From IMG/VR virus record IMGVR_UViG_3300001471_000004: a DNA stretch of 46,994 bases; one strand, written 5' to 3'. Both the position numbers and the translations under genes were made by a program. How positions within the stretch are numbered: position 1 is the stretch's first letter; every line of letters starts with the position of its first letter. This DNA is from a virus. Positions 16,839 to 23,879 of the stretch are shown here, piece by piece. Below the pieces are notes generated by a model. That model was not told the origin of the DNA and ran no database searches. It saw only the letters and a program-made list of their open reading frames with translations.

Positions 16839-17308
16839 TTCCAGATCATACCTAAGCCGGACTGTTCGAGTGCTGCTATGGCAACGTCGCCCATCGCGAG
16901 AAGTATCATGCCATGCCCCGGACTTCCACCAATAGAACCGTCAGGGCGCACAAACTTTGTCTTGCCTCGTGGAAACAATCGGGCATGTGTAAGTGGAACT
17001 AAATCATGAAACCAACTCGCAGAAGTGTACGCACGCACTATCGCAATTCCATTCGCGTGCTGTATGAACTTCTCCAACCATGGCACTTGTCCTAAGCGGC
17101 CACCGAACGGTGGGTTTACCCACACCATACCGAACCACGGCTGTGCTAGTCCATCTTCCGCGATGGTGTACACATACTTGCACGGCACCCAATGGGTCGG
17201 TCCCGGCGAACACGGATCGAGATCGAAGACGAGCCTAAGTGCATCAAACAGTTCGGAAGGCGTATACCACTCGTCAGTTTCTCCGACGCACGTTTCCCAT
17301 TCGCTCAT
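16835..17308 (-). CDS. Phage Dam-family DNA N6-adenine methyltransferase, 157 aa
   Basis: Motifs DEWYTP, FDLDPC and VWVNPPFGG (catalytic NPPF). Confidence 0.8.
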   Translation of the reverse strand: MSEWETCVGETDEWYTPSELFDALRLVFDLDPCSPGPTHWVPCKYVYTIAEDGLAQPWFGMVWVNPPFGGRLGQVPWLEKFIQHANGIAIVRAYTSASWFHDLVPLTHARLFPRGKTKFVRPDGSIGGSPGHGMILLAMGDVAIAALEQSGLGMIWK

Positions 17309-17529
17309 TTACGTGTGAACATGTCCGGCTGAAGTATCAAGTGCTTCATGCGGTCGAGCAACCAGTTCGTATGTGCAATATCATGCCCCTGATCGAGAAA
17401 TACGAGACTGCCATCCTCTAACTCGCTAAGCACCAATACGTTCGGCAAATTCATTTTTGCCGCGTACGCCAGCACATCCTCGACGCTGCGAAAATTCTCC
17501 GGCACGCGCGCCAGGATCACGTCGGCCAT
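17305..17529 (-). CDS. Hypothetical protein, 74 aa
   Basis: ORF coupled on both sides (a TAATG overlap upstream, an ATGA overlap downstream). Located where a small terminase subunit might be expected, but no similarity was recognised. Confidence 0.55.
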   Translation of the reverse strand: MADVILARVPENFRSVEDVLAYAAKMNLPNVLVLSELEDGSLVFLDQGHDIAHTNWLLDRMKHLILQPDMFTRK

Positions 17530-17849
17530 TAGTACGCATCCTTGATGTTGGCATGCCAGTACGAGCCCGGCGAGCGCGCGTTGCGCAATTCGTTGAACAC
17601 GGTGTCGGGCACACCCTCGTAGGTGTACGTCCGCCCATCGGTGAACGCGATGTTGAGCGTCTGCGTCGCGTCGTCGTAGCTGGCTTCGCGTAGCGCGGTG
17701 CTTTGCAGGGGGACGGTGATCTTAGTCATGGTGACGACCTTCTGCGCGACGTTCGCGCTGCGTGAGTTCGGCTTCCAGCACAATCCTAATACTCGCCAGC
17801 GCCAGATTGCTTCCAACTCCGTGTCGGATATCAGATCGATGTTGCTCAT
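17529..17849 (-). CDS. KTSC-domain protein (106 aa from ATG 17849; alternative 66-aa form from ATG 17729)
   Basis: The C-terminal segment ALREASYDDATQTLNIAFTDGRTYTYEGVPDTVFNELRNARSPGSYW is KTSC-like. ATG 17729 has an AAGG SD. ATG 17849 lies where a leaderless transcript from the adjacent promoter would start. Confidence 0.6.
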   Translation of the reverse strand: MSNIDLISDTELEAIWRWRVLGLCWKPNSRSANVAQKVVTMTKITVPLQSTALREASYDDATQTLNIAFTDGRTYTYEGVPDTVFNELRNARSPGSYWHANIKDAY

Positions 17850-17884
17850 ATTTAAATTCTGCCCTATTGTGTTAACCTTGTCAA
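17842..17884. promoter_or_regulatory. Back-to-back candidate sigma70-like promoters
   Basis: On the minus strand, TTGACA (17884-17879), a 17-nt spacer and CAGAAT (17861-17856) sit with ATG 17849 about 7 nt downstream. On the plus strand, TTGCTC (17842-47), a 17-nt spacer and TATTGT (17865-70) sit upstream of GGAGGG and ATG 17898. Confidence 0.4.
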
Positions 17885-17897
17885 CTCTGGAGGGATC

Positions 17898-18092
17898 ATG
17901 TGGACAATTAAGCCGCAGACGGTTGTCGCCGGGATTTATCGTATTGAGTTTAAAGCTGCAGGTGAAGGCGGCAAACACACGGTGGATGTGGCTACGTGGG
18001 ATGGTGGCTGCCGCGTGCGCATGTACTTCAGTGACGCTGGTGACGTGCTGAGCATTCGTGAGTTGACACCTGCGGGTGACGCGCCTAAGTGA
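17898..18092 (+). CDS. Orphan hypothetical protein, 64 aa, in its own transcription unit
   Basis: Strong SD (GGAGGGATC followed by ATG). It is followed by an intrinsic terminator and is isolated from both arms. Confidence 0.6.
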   Translation: MWTIKPQTVVAGIYRIEFKAAGEGGKHTVDVATWDGGCRVRMYFSDAGDVLSIRELTPAGDAPK

Positions 18093-18162
18093 ATGCTTCG
18101 GGTTTCCACCCGTCTGCGGACTGGTATTTGTTGCGTGTGGTTTGTTGCTGCGTCGAACGAAA

Positions 18163-18192
18163 GCCCCTGGCCGAAAGGTTGGGGGCTTTTTT
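18163..18192 (+). terminator. Rho-independent terminator
   Basis: GCCCCTGGCC-GAAA-GGTTGGGGGC forms a 10-bp stem (three G-U pairs) with a GAAA loop, followed by TTTTTT. An upstream AAA run could allow bidirectional function. Confidence 0.75.
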
Positions 18193-18199
18193 CGTGGGT

Positions 18200-18752
18200 G
18201 ATGGGGTAGTATTTATAGGGATAGGATTTAAGTCTTAAAAATTTTGCGATATGTAAGTCAGGTCATAAAACCGCATTTGGGGGCGTCCGGCCCTCAGCTA
18301 TCCCGAGTTAAGGTCTTTGTATAAAGCTCTGCGGGTTTGGTGTATAGAAGGCGTCAGACTAGTTATAAAGGTACGGTATAAACACTATAAATATTAGTAT
18401 GACCGAAATTGCATGTTGTTGAAATACAAAGAGAAATTCCATTCTAGGATAGTATATCTATTAATATATAAAAACATAAGACCTATAGAATTGAAATGAC
18501 AAATGGAAAGCAGCTTCCATACGGTACGGAGAAATATAGGCGTCATATCGCCGGACCTCCATACTTTCTTAGTTTAAAAATTGTTGTTTGTTTTCATAGC
18601 CTTAAACTAGCACGTTTTCAGACTAAGTTTTTATAGTCGATCACAAACGCGTGATCAGCCTTCCGTATGGTAAGATTTTAGCTTGACATATGGTAGATTT
18701 TGCTTTCCATATGGCAAGCAAAAATTAACATACGACAAGCGAGGATTTCCAT
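18200..18752. promoter_or_regulatory. AT-rich non-coding control region (early promoter/operator cluster; possible origin or genome end)
   Basis: GC falls far below the genome level. TTCCATATGG-type motifs lie at 18515-24, 18661-70, 18686-93 (partial), 18705-14 and 18747-56. An inverted repeat GATCAC-N6-GTGATC lies at 18639-56, TAGCTTGACA at 18679-88, and there are multiple TATAAA tracts. Confidence 0.6.
18394..18546 (-). CDS. Candidate 50-codon ORF inside the AT-rich island (not in the ORF track)
   Basis: ATG at 18546 with GGAGG 9 nt upstream. The manual translation is MTPIFLRTVWKLLSICHFNSIGLMFLYINRYTILEWNFSLYFNNMQFRSY. An open frame of this length is unexpected in stop-rich AT DNA. Confidence 0.25.
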   Translation of the reverse strand: MTPIFLRTVWKLLSICHFNSIGLMFLYINRYTILEWNFSLYFNNMQFRSY

Positions 18753-19010
18753 ATGCCAAGCGAAGCGAGAAAGATCGATCAAGCATGGCGCGCTACTTAC
18801 AGTGGGATTTCATGCCTATGCCGCGTGCAAGGTGACGAAACCGCTGTAACCGTACTGTTTCCGAGGTACACCAAGCTCGGCCGACGTATGCTCGTGGCGT
18901 CTGTGGTGGATCAAAATGTTAGGCCGGTGCTGGCCAACTATCTGCGCCAAGAGCTCGGCTTACCGCGCGGCGAGGCCAACATGACGCGCGTTTCGTTTGT
19001 CGGAGTGTGA
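18753..19010 (+). CDS. First early protein, 85 aa, unknown function
   Basis: A GAGGA SD lies 7 nt upstream of the ATG. The start codon is embedded in one copy of the TTCCATATG motif. Confidence 0.6.
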   Translation: MPSEARKIDQAWRATYSGISCLCRVQGDETAVTVLFPRYTKLGRRMLVASVVDQNVRPVLANYLRQELGLPRGEANMTRVSFVGV

Positions 19011-19014
19011 CAAG

Positions 19015-19173
19015 ATGCCTTGCACCAAAGAAACCGCCACGCGGCGTCTCACGGCCCGCTGGCACGAACAATGCTTGGCGTTCCCGATCATGAGAGCCGA
19101 CGTGCCGCTGGCCCTCTATGTGTCCGGCAAACCTTGCGTATGTCATGCAGCACGATATCCTGAAAAGCTATGA
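19015..19173 (+). CDS. Candidate small Cys-rich early protein, 52 aa (not in the ORF track)
   Basis: ATG 19015 with GGAG 9 nt upstream. It exactly fills the gap between neighbouring genes and its third codon positions are about 60% G/C. Translation: MPCTKETATRRLTARWHEQCLAFPIMRADVPLALYVSGKPCVCHAARYPEKL. Confidence 0.4.
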   Translation: MPCTKETATRRLTARWHEQCLAFPIMRADVPLALYVSGKPCVCHAARYPEKL

Positions 19174-19185
19174 CGAGGTCACCCA

Positions 19186-19587
19186 ATGACCAAAGAAGAC
19201 CTCCTAATCTGGCGCCGCGTGCACAAACTCAAGCAGCACCAGCTGGGCGCCATGCTCAAGCCGCCTAAGACCAGGCAGACGATCAGCAGCTGGGAAGCCG
19301 GCCACACGCCGCTACCGGTCAATCTCGCTGCGGACCTGGAGCGCCTGACGTTCACCCTCGCCCCAAAAGCACCGCCCGCAGTGGAATTCCTGACGATCGA
19401 GACCGCGAGGAAATACCCGGACCTTGACGTCTACGCCAAAGGCTTTGAGAAAGACCGTGGTATTGGTTCGGAGCACCCAAACGTGATGCTCGGCCCTAAC
19501 CCCACAGGCGGGCGCTGGCCACTCACTGTGCTTGACAGCCCCGAATACCTCGCCGCAGTGGAAGCCAAGCGGGCCAGGAGGCGATGA
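19186..19587 (+). CDS. XRE-type helix-turn-helix protein, 133 aa
   Basis: The N-terminal segment LKQHQLGAMLKPPKTRQTISSWEAG fits the HTH_3 pattern. GAGG SD. Confidence 0.6.
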   Translation: MTKEDLLIWRRVHKLKQHQLGAMLKPPKTRQTISSWEAGHTPLPVNLAADLERLTFTLAPKAPPAVEFLTIETARKYPDLDVYAKGFEKDRGIGSEHPNVMLGPNPTGGRWPLTVLDSPEYLAAVEAKRARRR

Positions 19588-19787
19588 TGTGCGAAGATGA
19601 CATCATGCACGAAAACGGCAACTACTGGGTTGCGCGCGACCACAAGCCGTACGTTCACTTCACGGTGTACAAGGCCGGCACCACACACTCCGTAAGCGAC
19701 AGCGCATATACTGAACTGTCAGTAGCAACAGCGCGGTGCGACTACCTGGCGCGACGCGCGAAGGAACGCACTATCACGAAACCGTGA
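19584..19787 (+). CDS. Hypothetical early protein, 67 aa
   Basis: ORF with an ATGA overlap to the upstream gene. Confidence 0.55.
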   Translation: MMCEDDIMHENGNYWVARDHKPYVHFTVYKAGTTHSVSDSAYTELSVATARCDYLARRAKERTITKP

Positions 19788-19851
19788 ATTGACCTTTATA
19801 CAAACTATTATAGCTTGACAACTGTAACACACGTAACAAGAGGGGACATAC

Positions 19852-20028
19852 ATGAACGAAGGACCATATTTTGCCGAAGGCACGGAAGCGATGCTTCAGC
19901 TGGAGGCGATGCTTGACAAAGTCGGCCTGTGCAACTTGCTCTACGCCGTCGCAAGTGCTGTGCGGCGCAAGGGCGGAACGGGCAAAGCTGAGACAATAGA
20001 GACGCTCGCTAGACGGGTGCGGTCATGA
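19852..20028 (+). CDS. Small early protein, 58 aa (not in the ORF track)
   Basis: ATG 19852 with an AGAGGGGA SD and an ATGA overlap with the next gene. Translation: MNEGPYFAEGTEAMLQLEAMLDKVGLCNLLYAVASAVRRKGGTGKAETIETLARRVRS. Confidence 0.55.
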   Translation: MNEGPYFAEGTEAMLQLEAMLDKVGLCNLLYAVASAVRRKGGTGKAETIETLARRVRS

Positions 20029-20405
20029 CCGGCTACATCTTCGATTTCCAGGGCAAAGCCTTCGACCCGGACGGCAGACTGCGCGGCGTCGTGACGCCTG
20101 CGCAAATTGCGGCGCACAACGCCACGCTGGCTCAAGCCGAGCTCGAGAGGTGGAATGACAAGCCCGAGCACTTCCTGGTGTACGTGTCGGGCGACGCGAT
20201 AACGACCTGGTCGGGAGTAGACCTTGGGCGCGTCACGTCCGCACGCACCGGGGCATGGCGCTACCACAATATCGGCGGACACCCGTGCCATCCGTACCGC
20301 CTGACGCATATCCGCGTGCGAGGCACCAACGGTGCGGAGTATTACGGCTCGTACGGTTCCGACAATTTGCAAGCCTGCCGCGTGAGGCGGGTGAAGGGAG
20401 AATAA
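20025..20405 (+). CDS. Hypothetical early protein, 126 aa
   Basis: ORF in the operon frame, coupled to its neighbours. Confidence 0.6.
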   Translation: MTGYIFDFQGKAFDPDGRLRGVVTPAQIAAHNATLAQAELERWNDKPEHFLVYVSGDAITTWSGVDLGRVTSARTGAWRYHNIGGHPCHPYRLTHIRVRGTNGAEYYGSYGSDNLQACRVRRVKGE

Positions 20406-20406
20406 T

Positions 20407-20826
20407 ATGCTTATGATCGACGACTGTCGTTATCGCCTGCGTTTGCTCGGTATCAGCCACGCAGACGCTCATGACTTACGCTGGATCGCCATGACGCTGC
20501 ACCGCTGGCACGAGCTTGAGTGTGGCAGCAGTGACAACTATAAGAGTTACTGCGTCACACGCGGCCGGAAGGTCGACGGCAAATTTGTGCATGATGACGC
20601 CGGCAAGCCCTTTATGGAAACGCACTTTCACAGCGAGAGCAAGGCGCGTTACTACCCTCTCGCCGACCGCGAGCGTGGTGCGCAGAAACGCCTCGCGAAG
20701 ATCATGGCGTCCTATCCGCTCTTGACCGCTTACGTTCAGACCGACCCGCGAGGCGCGGCGCTGTACGTCGGCGAAAAGGACCGCATGGCCGTTGCGTATA
20801 CGAACGGCGTGGCGGTGTACAAATGA
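20407..20826 (+). CDS. Hypothetical early protein, 139 aa
   Basis: ORF starting 1 nt after the upstream stop. Confidence 0.6.
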   Translation: MLMIDDCRYRLRLLGISHADAHDLRWIAMTLHRWHELECGSSDNYKSYCVTRGRKVDGKFVHDDAGKPFMETHFHSESKARYYPLADRERGAQKRLAKIMASYPLLTAYVQTDPRGAALYVGEKDRMAVAYTNGVAVYK

Positions 20827-21161
20827 TCTTCCATTGCAACACCTCATCCGACGAATTCATCGCGTGGCTGCGCTATAACGCGATCAAGGGTGGAATGCCA
20901 CCGCAGTTCATTGACTGCGTCGATCGTCTCGCCAGCGTGGAAGATCTGGAAGCCGAACTTGCAGATGCCGGGGATGAGCTCGTCGACGCGGAGCGCGACC
21001 GGGACGATTTGTTAGAGGAATTGGAAGCGCTGGTGAAGGCGCTCGACGAAAACCTGCTGCCCGACTTGGAAAAGGTTGTTGATCTGACAGACGGCAGCGG
21101 CAAAGTGGTCGAGAACGCGCTGGCAGCTGCGCGCAGTGCGATCGAGAGGCACAGTAAATGA
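20823..21161 (+). CDS. Highly acidic early protein, 112 aa
   Basis: By hand count, 27 Asp/Glu against about 11 Arg/Lys. It contains a long acidic helical run, DLEAELADAGDELVDAERDRDDLLEELEALVKALDENLLPDLEKVVDLTD. Confidence 0.6.
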   Translation: MIFHCNTSSDEFIAWLRYNAIKGGMPPQFIDCVDRLASVEDLEAELADAGDELVDAERDRDDLLEELEALVKALDENLLPDLEKVVDLTDGSGKVVENALAAARSAIERHSK

Positions 21162-21454
21162 CACCCATAATCACCTTCGGCCAGCAGATCCACCGCGCGC
21201 GCCGGCACCTGCACATGACCCAGGGAGACATGGCGCTTGCGCTCGGCTATGATGCGCAGACGCTGTCGAACTGGGAGTGCGAGCGCACGCGGCCGTGGCC
21301 GAAACAGCAGGCGGCGATCTTGCTGCAGGTGCTAGCACTTTACGAGCCGAACGCCGTGACTATCACCCTAAACGATGTTGGGCGCTTAATGGACGCACAC
21401 CCGGTTATCGAGAGGATGGTAGGGCGGCGACAACGCGTTTGCGAGAGGATATGA
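21158..21454 (+). CDS. XRE-type helix-turn-helix protein, 98 aa
   Basis: Segment FGQQIHRARRHLHMTQGDMALALGYDAQTLSNWECERTRP fits the HTH_3 pattern. Confidence 0.65.
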   Translation: MTPIITFGQQIHRARRHLHMTQGDMALALGYDAQTLSNWECERTRPWPKQQAAILLQVLALYEPNAVTITLNDVGRLMDAHPVIERMVGRRQRVCERI

Positions 21455-21501
21455 CATGCTAACCGCACAGAACGGGCACTACTTTCTGGAAAGGATAGCC
21501 G

Positions 21502-21690
21502 ATGCCTGACATCTCAATCCACGTCAGCACCAGGTGGGGACGCGCCACCGTCATCGGCGAGACCGAAGCCGGCAAGGCATGGGTCCGGCGCAAATTCACC
21601 GAGCCGGCGCCCGTCAGTGTGACAGACGAGGCGGCGCGGGAGATCGAGCAGGAAGCCGTCGCGGAACACCTTGACGTGCTCGTGCGCTGA
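21502..21690 (+). CDS. Hypothetical protein, 62 aa
   Basis: ORF in the operon frame. Confidence 0.5.
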   Translation: MPDISIHVSTRWGRATVIGETEAGKAWVRRKFTEPAPVSVTDEAAREIEQEAVAEHLDVLVR

Positions 21691-21902
21691 TGACCACGAA
21701 CGAAATGATCAATGGGCTTTCGGAGCGTGCCGCGCGTTACCTGCTATATGTGATCGACATTGAAGTTCCGCTTAGTGCTGTGTATTGGGATAATACGCAA
21801 GATTGGACTGTACCTGAACTGCGCTACCTAGTCCTTACGGCTGCAGCAGACGGACTGCTCATCCCACCGCAGATCGCGCACGCATTCGAGGATATGCACT
21901 AA
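21690..21902 (+). CDS. Hypothetical protein, 70 aa
   Basis: ORF whose start overlaps the upstream stop. Confidence 0.5.
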   Translation: MTTNEMINGLSERAARYLLYVIDIEVPLSAVYWDNTQDWTVPELRYLVLTAAADGLLIPPQIAHAFEDMH

Positions 21903-21983
21903 AACCGAGCCCCACAAATGGCCGCTGGTACGTTATTTCGGACATCGAGCTACGTAAGTACCCCCTAGATTTGAGAATAAACC

Positions 21984-23879
21984 GTGGATATTGTAACACT
22001 TGATTTTGAAACTTTTTTCGACGACGGTTACACGTTGTCAAAGATGACGACGGAGCACTACGTACGCGATCCGCGTTTCAAAGCCCATGGCGCAGGAATT
22101 CGCTGGCCGGACGGCCGTGTAGAGTGGTTTGACGATGGTGCGCACTGCACGCTGCGCAACAAGCTCCGTGGGATCGACTGGGACAAAACCGCCTGCCTCG
22201 CCCACCACGCTCATTTCGATGGGCTGATCCTCAACCACCACTACGGCATTCGGCCGGCGTTCTGGTTTGACACGCTGAGCATGGCGCGTGCGTTGATCGG
22301 CAACCACCTATCCGCGGGGCTCGGCTCGCTTGCCGAACAGTTTGGGCTCGGCGCCAAAGACGTGCCGTATGACGTATTCAGAGGAAAGCACTGGTCCGAG
22401 TTGACGGACCATGAGCAACGGTGGGTAGGAGAGGGGTGTTGTCACGATGTACAGCTTACATGGGATATTTTTCTTCGTCTCGCGTCCGCGTTCCCAGATG
22501 AGGAGTACGAACTCGTCGACGCGACCGTGCGCATGTTCACCGAGCCTAAGCTGGTCGGTGACACCGATCTACTCGCTGAAATCTGGCAAGAGGAACAGGC
22601 TGCGAAGGCAGCGCTACTTGCCGAGCTGGGCATTACGGGCGAGGCGCTCCGCAAGAACGAAGTCTTTGCCAACCTATTACGAGCGCGTGGCGTCGAGCCA
22701 GGTGTGAAGGCCGGGAAGCCGGATAAGGACGGGGGTGAACGCGAGATATATGCGTTTGCGAAGACTGACGTTTTCATGCGCGATCTTTTGGAGGGGGACG
22801 ATGATAGCTTGGTTTTGCTCGCAGAAGCTCGACTATCCGAAAAATCAAATCTCGTTGCAACTCGCAGTGCAAGATTGGGCTGGATGTCAACCAGAGGCTC
22901 GATGTGCGTGTACCTCGGATACGCAGCCGCACACACTAAAAGGTGGGGAGGCGGCGATAAAACCAACTACCAAAACTTCCCCCGACCCAAAGAAATCCCT
23001 GAAGGGTTGAAGCCCACCGAACAAATGAAGACGAGTGCGAAGCGCGCCGCGAAGATGCAGCGCACCCAACGCGCGCCGCCAGGCCACCTGCTCGTCATCC
23101 GCGACGCTTCGCAGATCGAGTGCCGGCTGCTCAATATGTGCGCCGGTCAGTGGGACAAGGTCGAGGATTTCAGGCTCGGTCGAGATCCCTACGTCGGTGT
23201 GGCGTCGGCGTTCTTCGGCTATGAGGTGAACAAAAAAGATCATCCCGACCAGCGCCAGGTCGGCAAGGTGCTGGAGCTGCAGTGCGGCTATCAGTCGGGA
23301 GGCGCCAAGATCAAGCACACGCTGCGCACGCAAGCCGGCGTCCACCTGACCGACGAGGAAGGTGTGCGGGCACGCGACGCTTACCGGGCAACCCACCCCG
23401 CGGTGCAGAGCTATTGGGACACGGCCGGCTATGACGTTCTGCCGAAGATGCACGCCGGCCAGGAATTTAGTTGGGGAATATTCCACATCCGCGAAAAGCG
23501 GCTCTACGCACCCAACGGGCTGTCGATCGACTATACGACGCTGGAGTGGCATGTCGCTGAAAACGGTGACAAATTCTGGCGGATCAAGACCCGCGACGGA
23601 TGTACCAAGCTGTACGGCGGCAAGTTCACCGAGAACGTCATTCAGTTCGCCGCGAGGGTGCATGTCTCACAGGCTTGGCTGCGTTGCCGCCGTGCCGGAC
23701 TTGACATGGTGAGTATGGAGCATGATAAGCTTATTGCCTGCGTACGTGAGGGTGAAGCCGAGGCTGCATTTGCGTACATGGGCCAGGAGATGTCACGGGC
23801 GCCCGAGTGGATGCCTGAACTTCCCCTGGACAGCGAAGGATATATCAGCGACACGTTCGCTAAACCGGAGAAACCATGA
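21984..23879 (+). CDS. Family A DNA polymerase with 3'-5' exonuclease domain, 631 aa
   Basis: GTG start. Exonuclease motifs are LDFETFF and HHAHFDGLIL. Polymerase motif A is IRDASQIECRLL, motif B is RQVGKVLELQCGYQSG, and motif C is VSMEHDKL. Confidence 0.85.
   Translation: MDIVTLDFETFFDDGYTLSKMTTEHYVRDPRFKAHGAGIRWPDGRVEWFDDGAHCTLRNKLRGIDWDKTACLAHHAHFDGLILNHHYGIRPAFWFDTLSMARALIGNHLSAGLGSLAEQFGLGAKDVPYDVFRGKHWSELTDHEQRWVGEGCCHDVQLTWDIFLRLASAFPDEEYELVDATVRMFTEPKLVGDTDLLAEIWQEEQAAKAALLAELGITGEALRKNEVFANLLRARGVEPGVKAGKPDKDGGEREIYAFAKTDVFMRDLLEGDDDSLVLLAEARLSEKSNLVATRSARLGWMSTRGSMCVYLGYAAAHTKRWGGGDKTNYQNFPRPKEIPEGLKPTEQMKTSAKRAAKMQRTQRAPPGHLLVIRDASQIECRLLNMCAGQWDKVEDFRLGRDPYVGVASAFFGYEVNKKDHPDQRQVGKVLELQCGYQSGGAKIKHTLRTQAGVHLTDEEGVRARDAYRATHPAVQSYWDTAGYDVLPKMHAGQEFSWGIFHIREKRLYAPNGLSIDYTTLEWHVAENGDKFWRIKTRDGCTKLYGGKFTENVIQFAARVHVSQAWLRCRRAGLDMVSMEHDKLIACVREGEAEAAFAYMGQEMSRAPEWMPELPLDSEGYISDTFAKPEKP

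Noticed and set aside
18200-18752. A tRNA, CRISPR array or small mobile element in the AT-rich non-coding island.
   Set aside because: There is no cloverleaf-compatible G/C-rich stem set, no regularly spaced repeats of at least 20 bp, and no terminal inverted repeats or transposase. The short CCATATGG-type sites fit operators better.
19786-19850. A canonical sigma70 promoter upstream of the 58-aa ORF, based on the TTGACC and TAGCTTGACA boxes.
   Set aside because: No acceptable -10 hexamer lies 16-18 nt downstream of the TTGACA box, and only a weak TTGACC-16-TAGCTT combination exists. The repeat is noted under the AT-island finding but not called as a feature.
19186-21454. A lysogeny module (repressor/Cro with integrase), suggested by the two XRE-type HTH proteins.
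   Set aside because: No integrase, recombinase, excisionase or partition gene was recognised in the genome. The HTH proteins are more simply early regulators. Lifestyle remains unproven.
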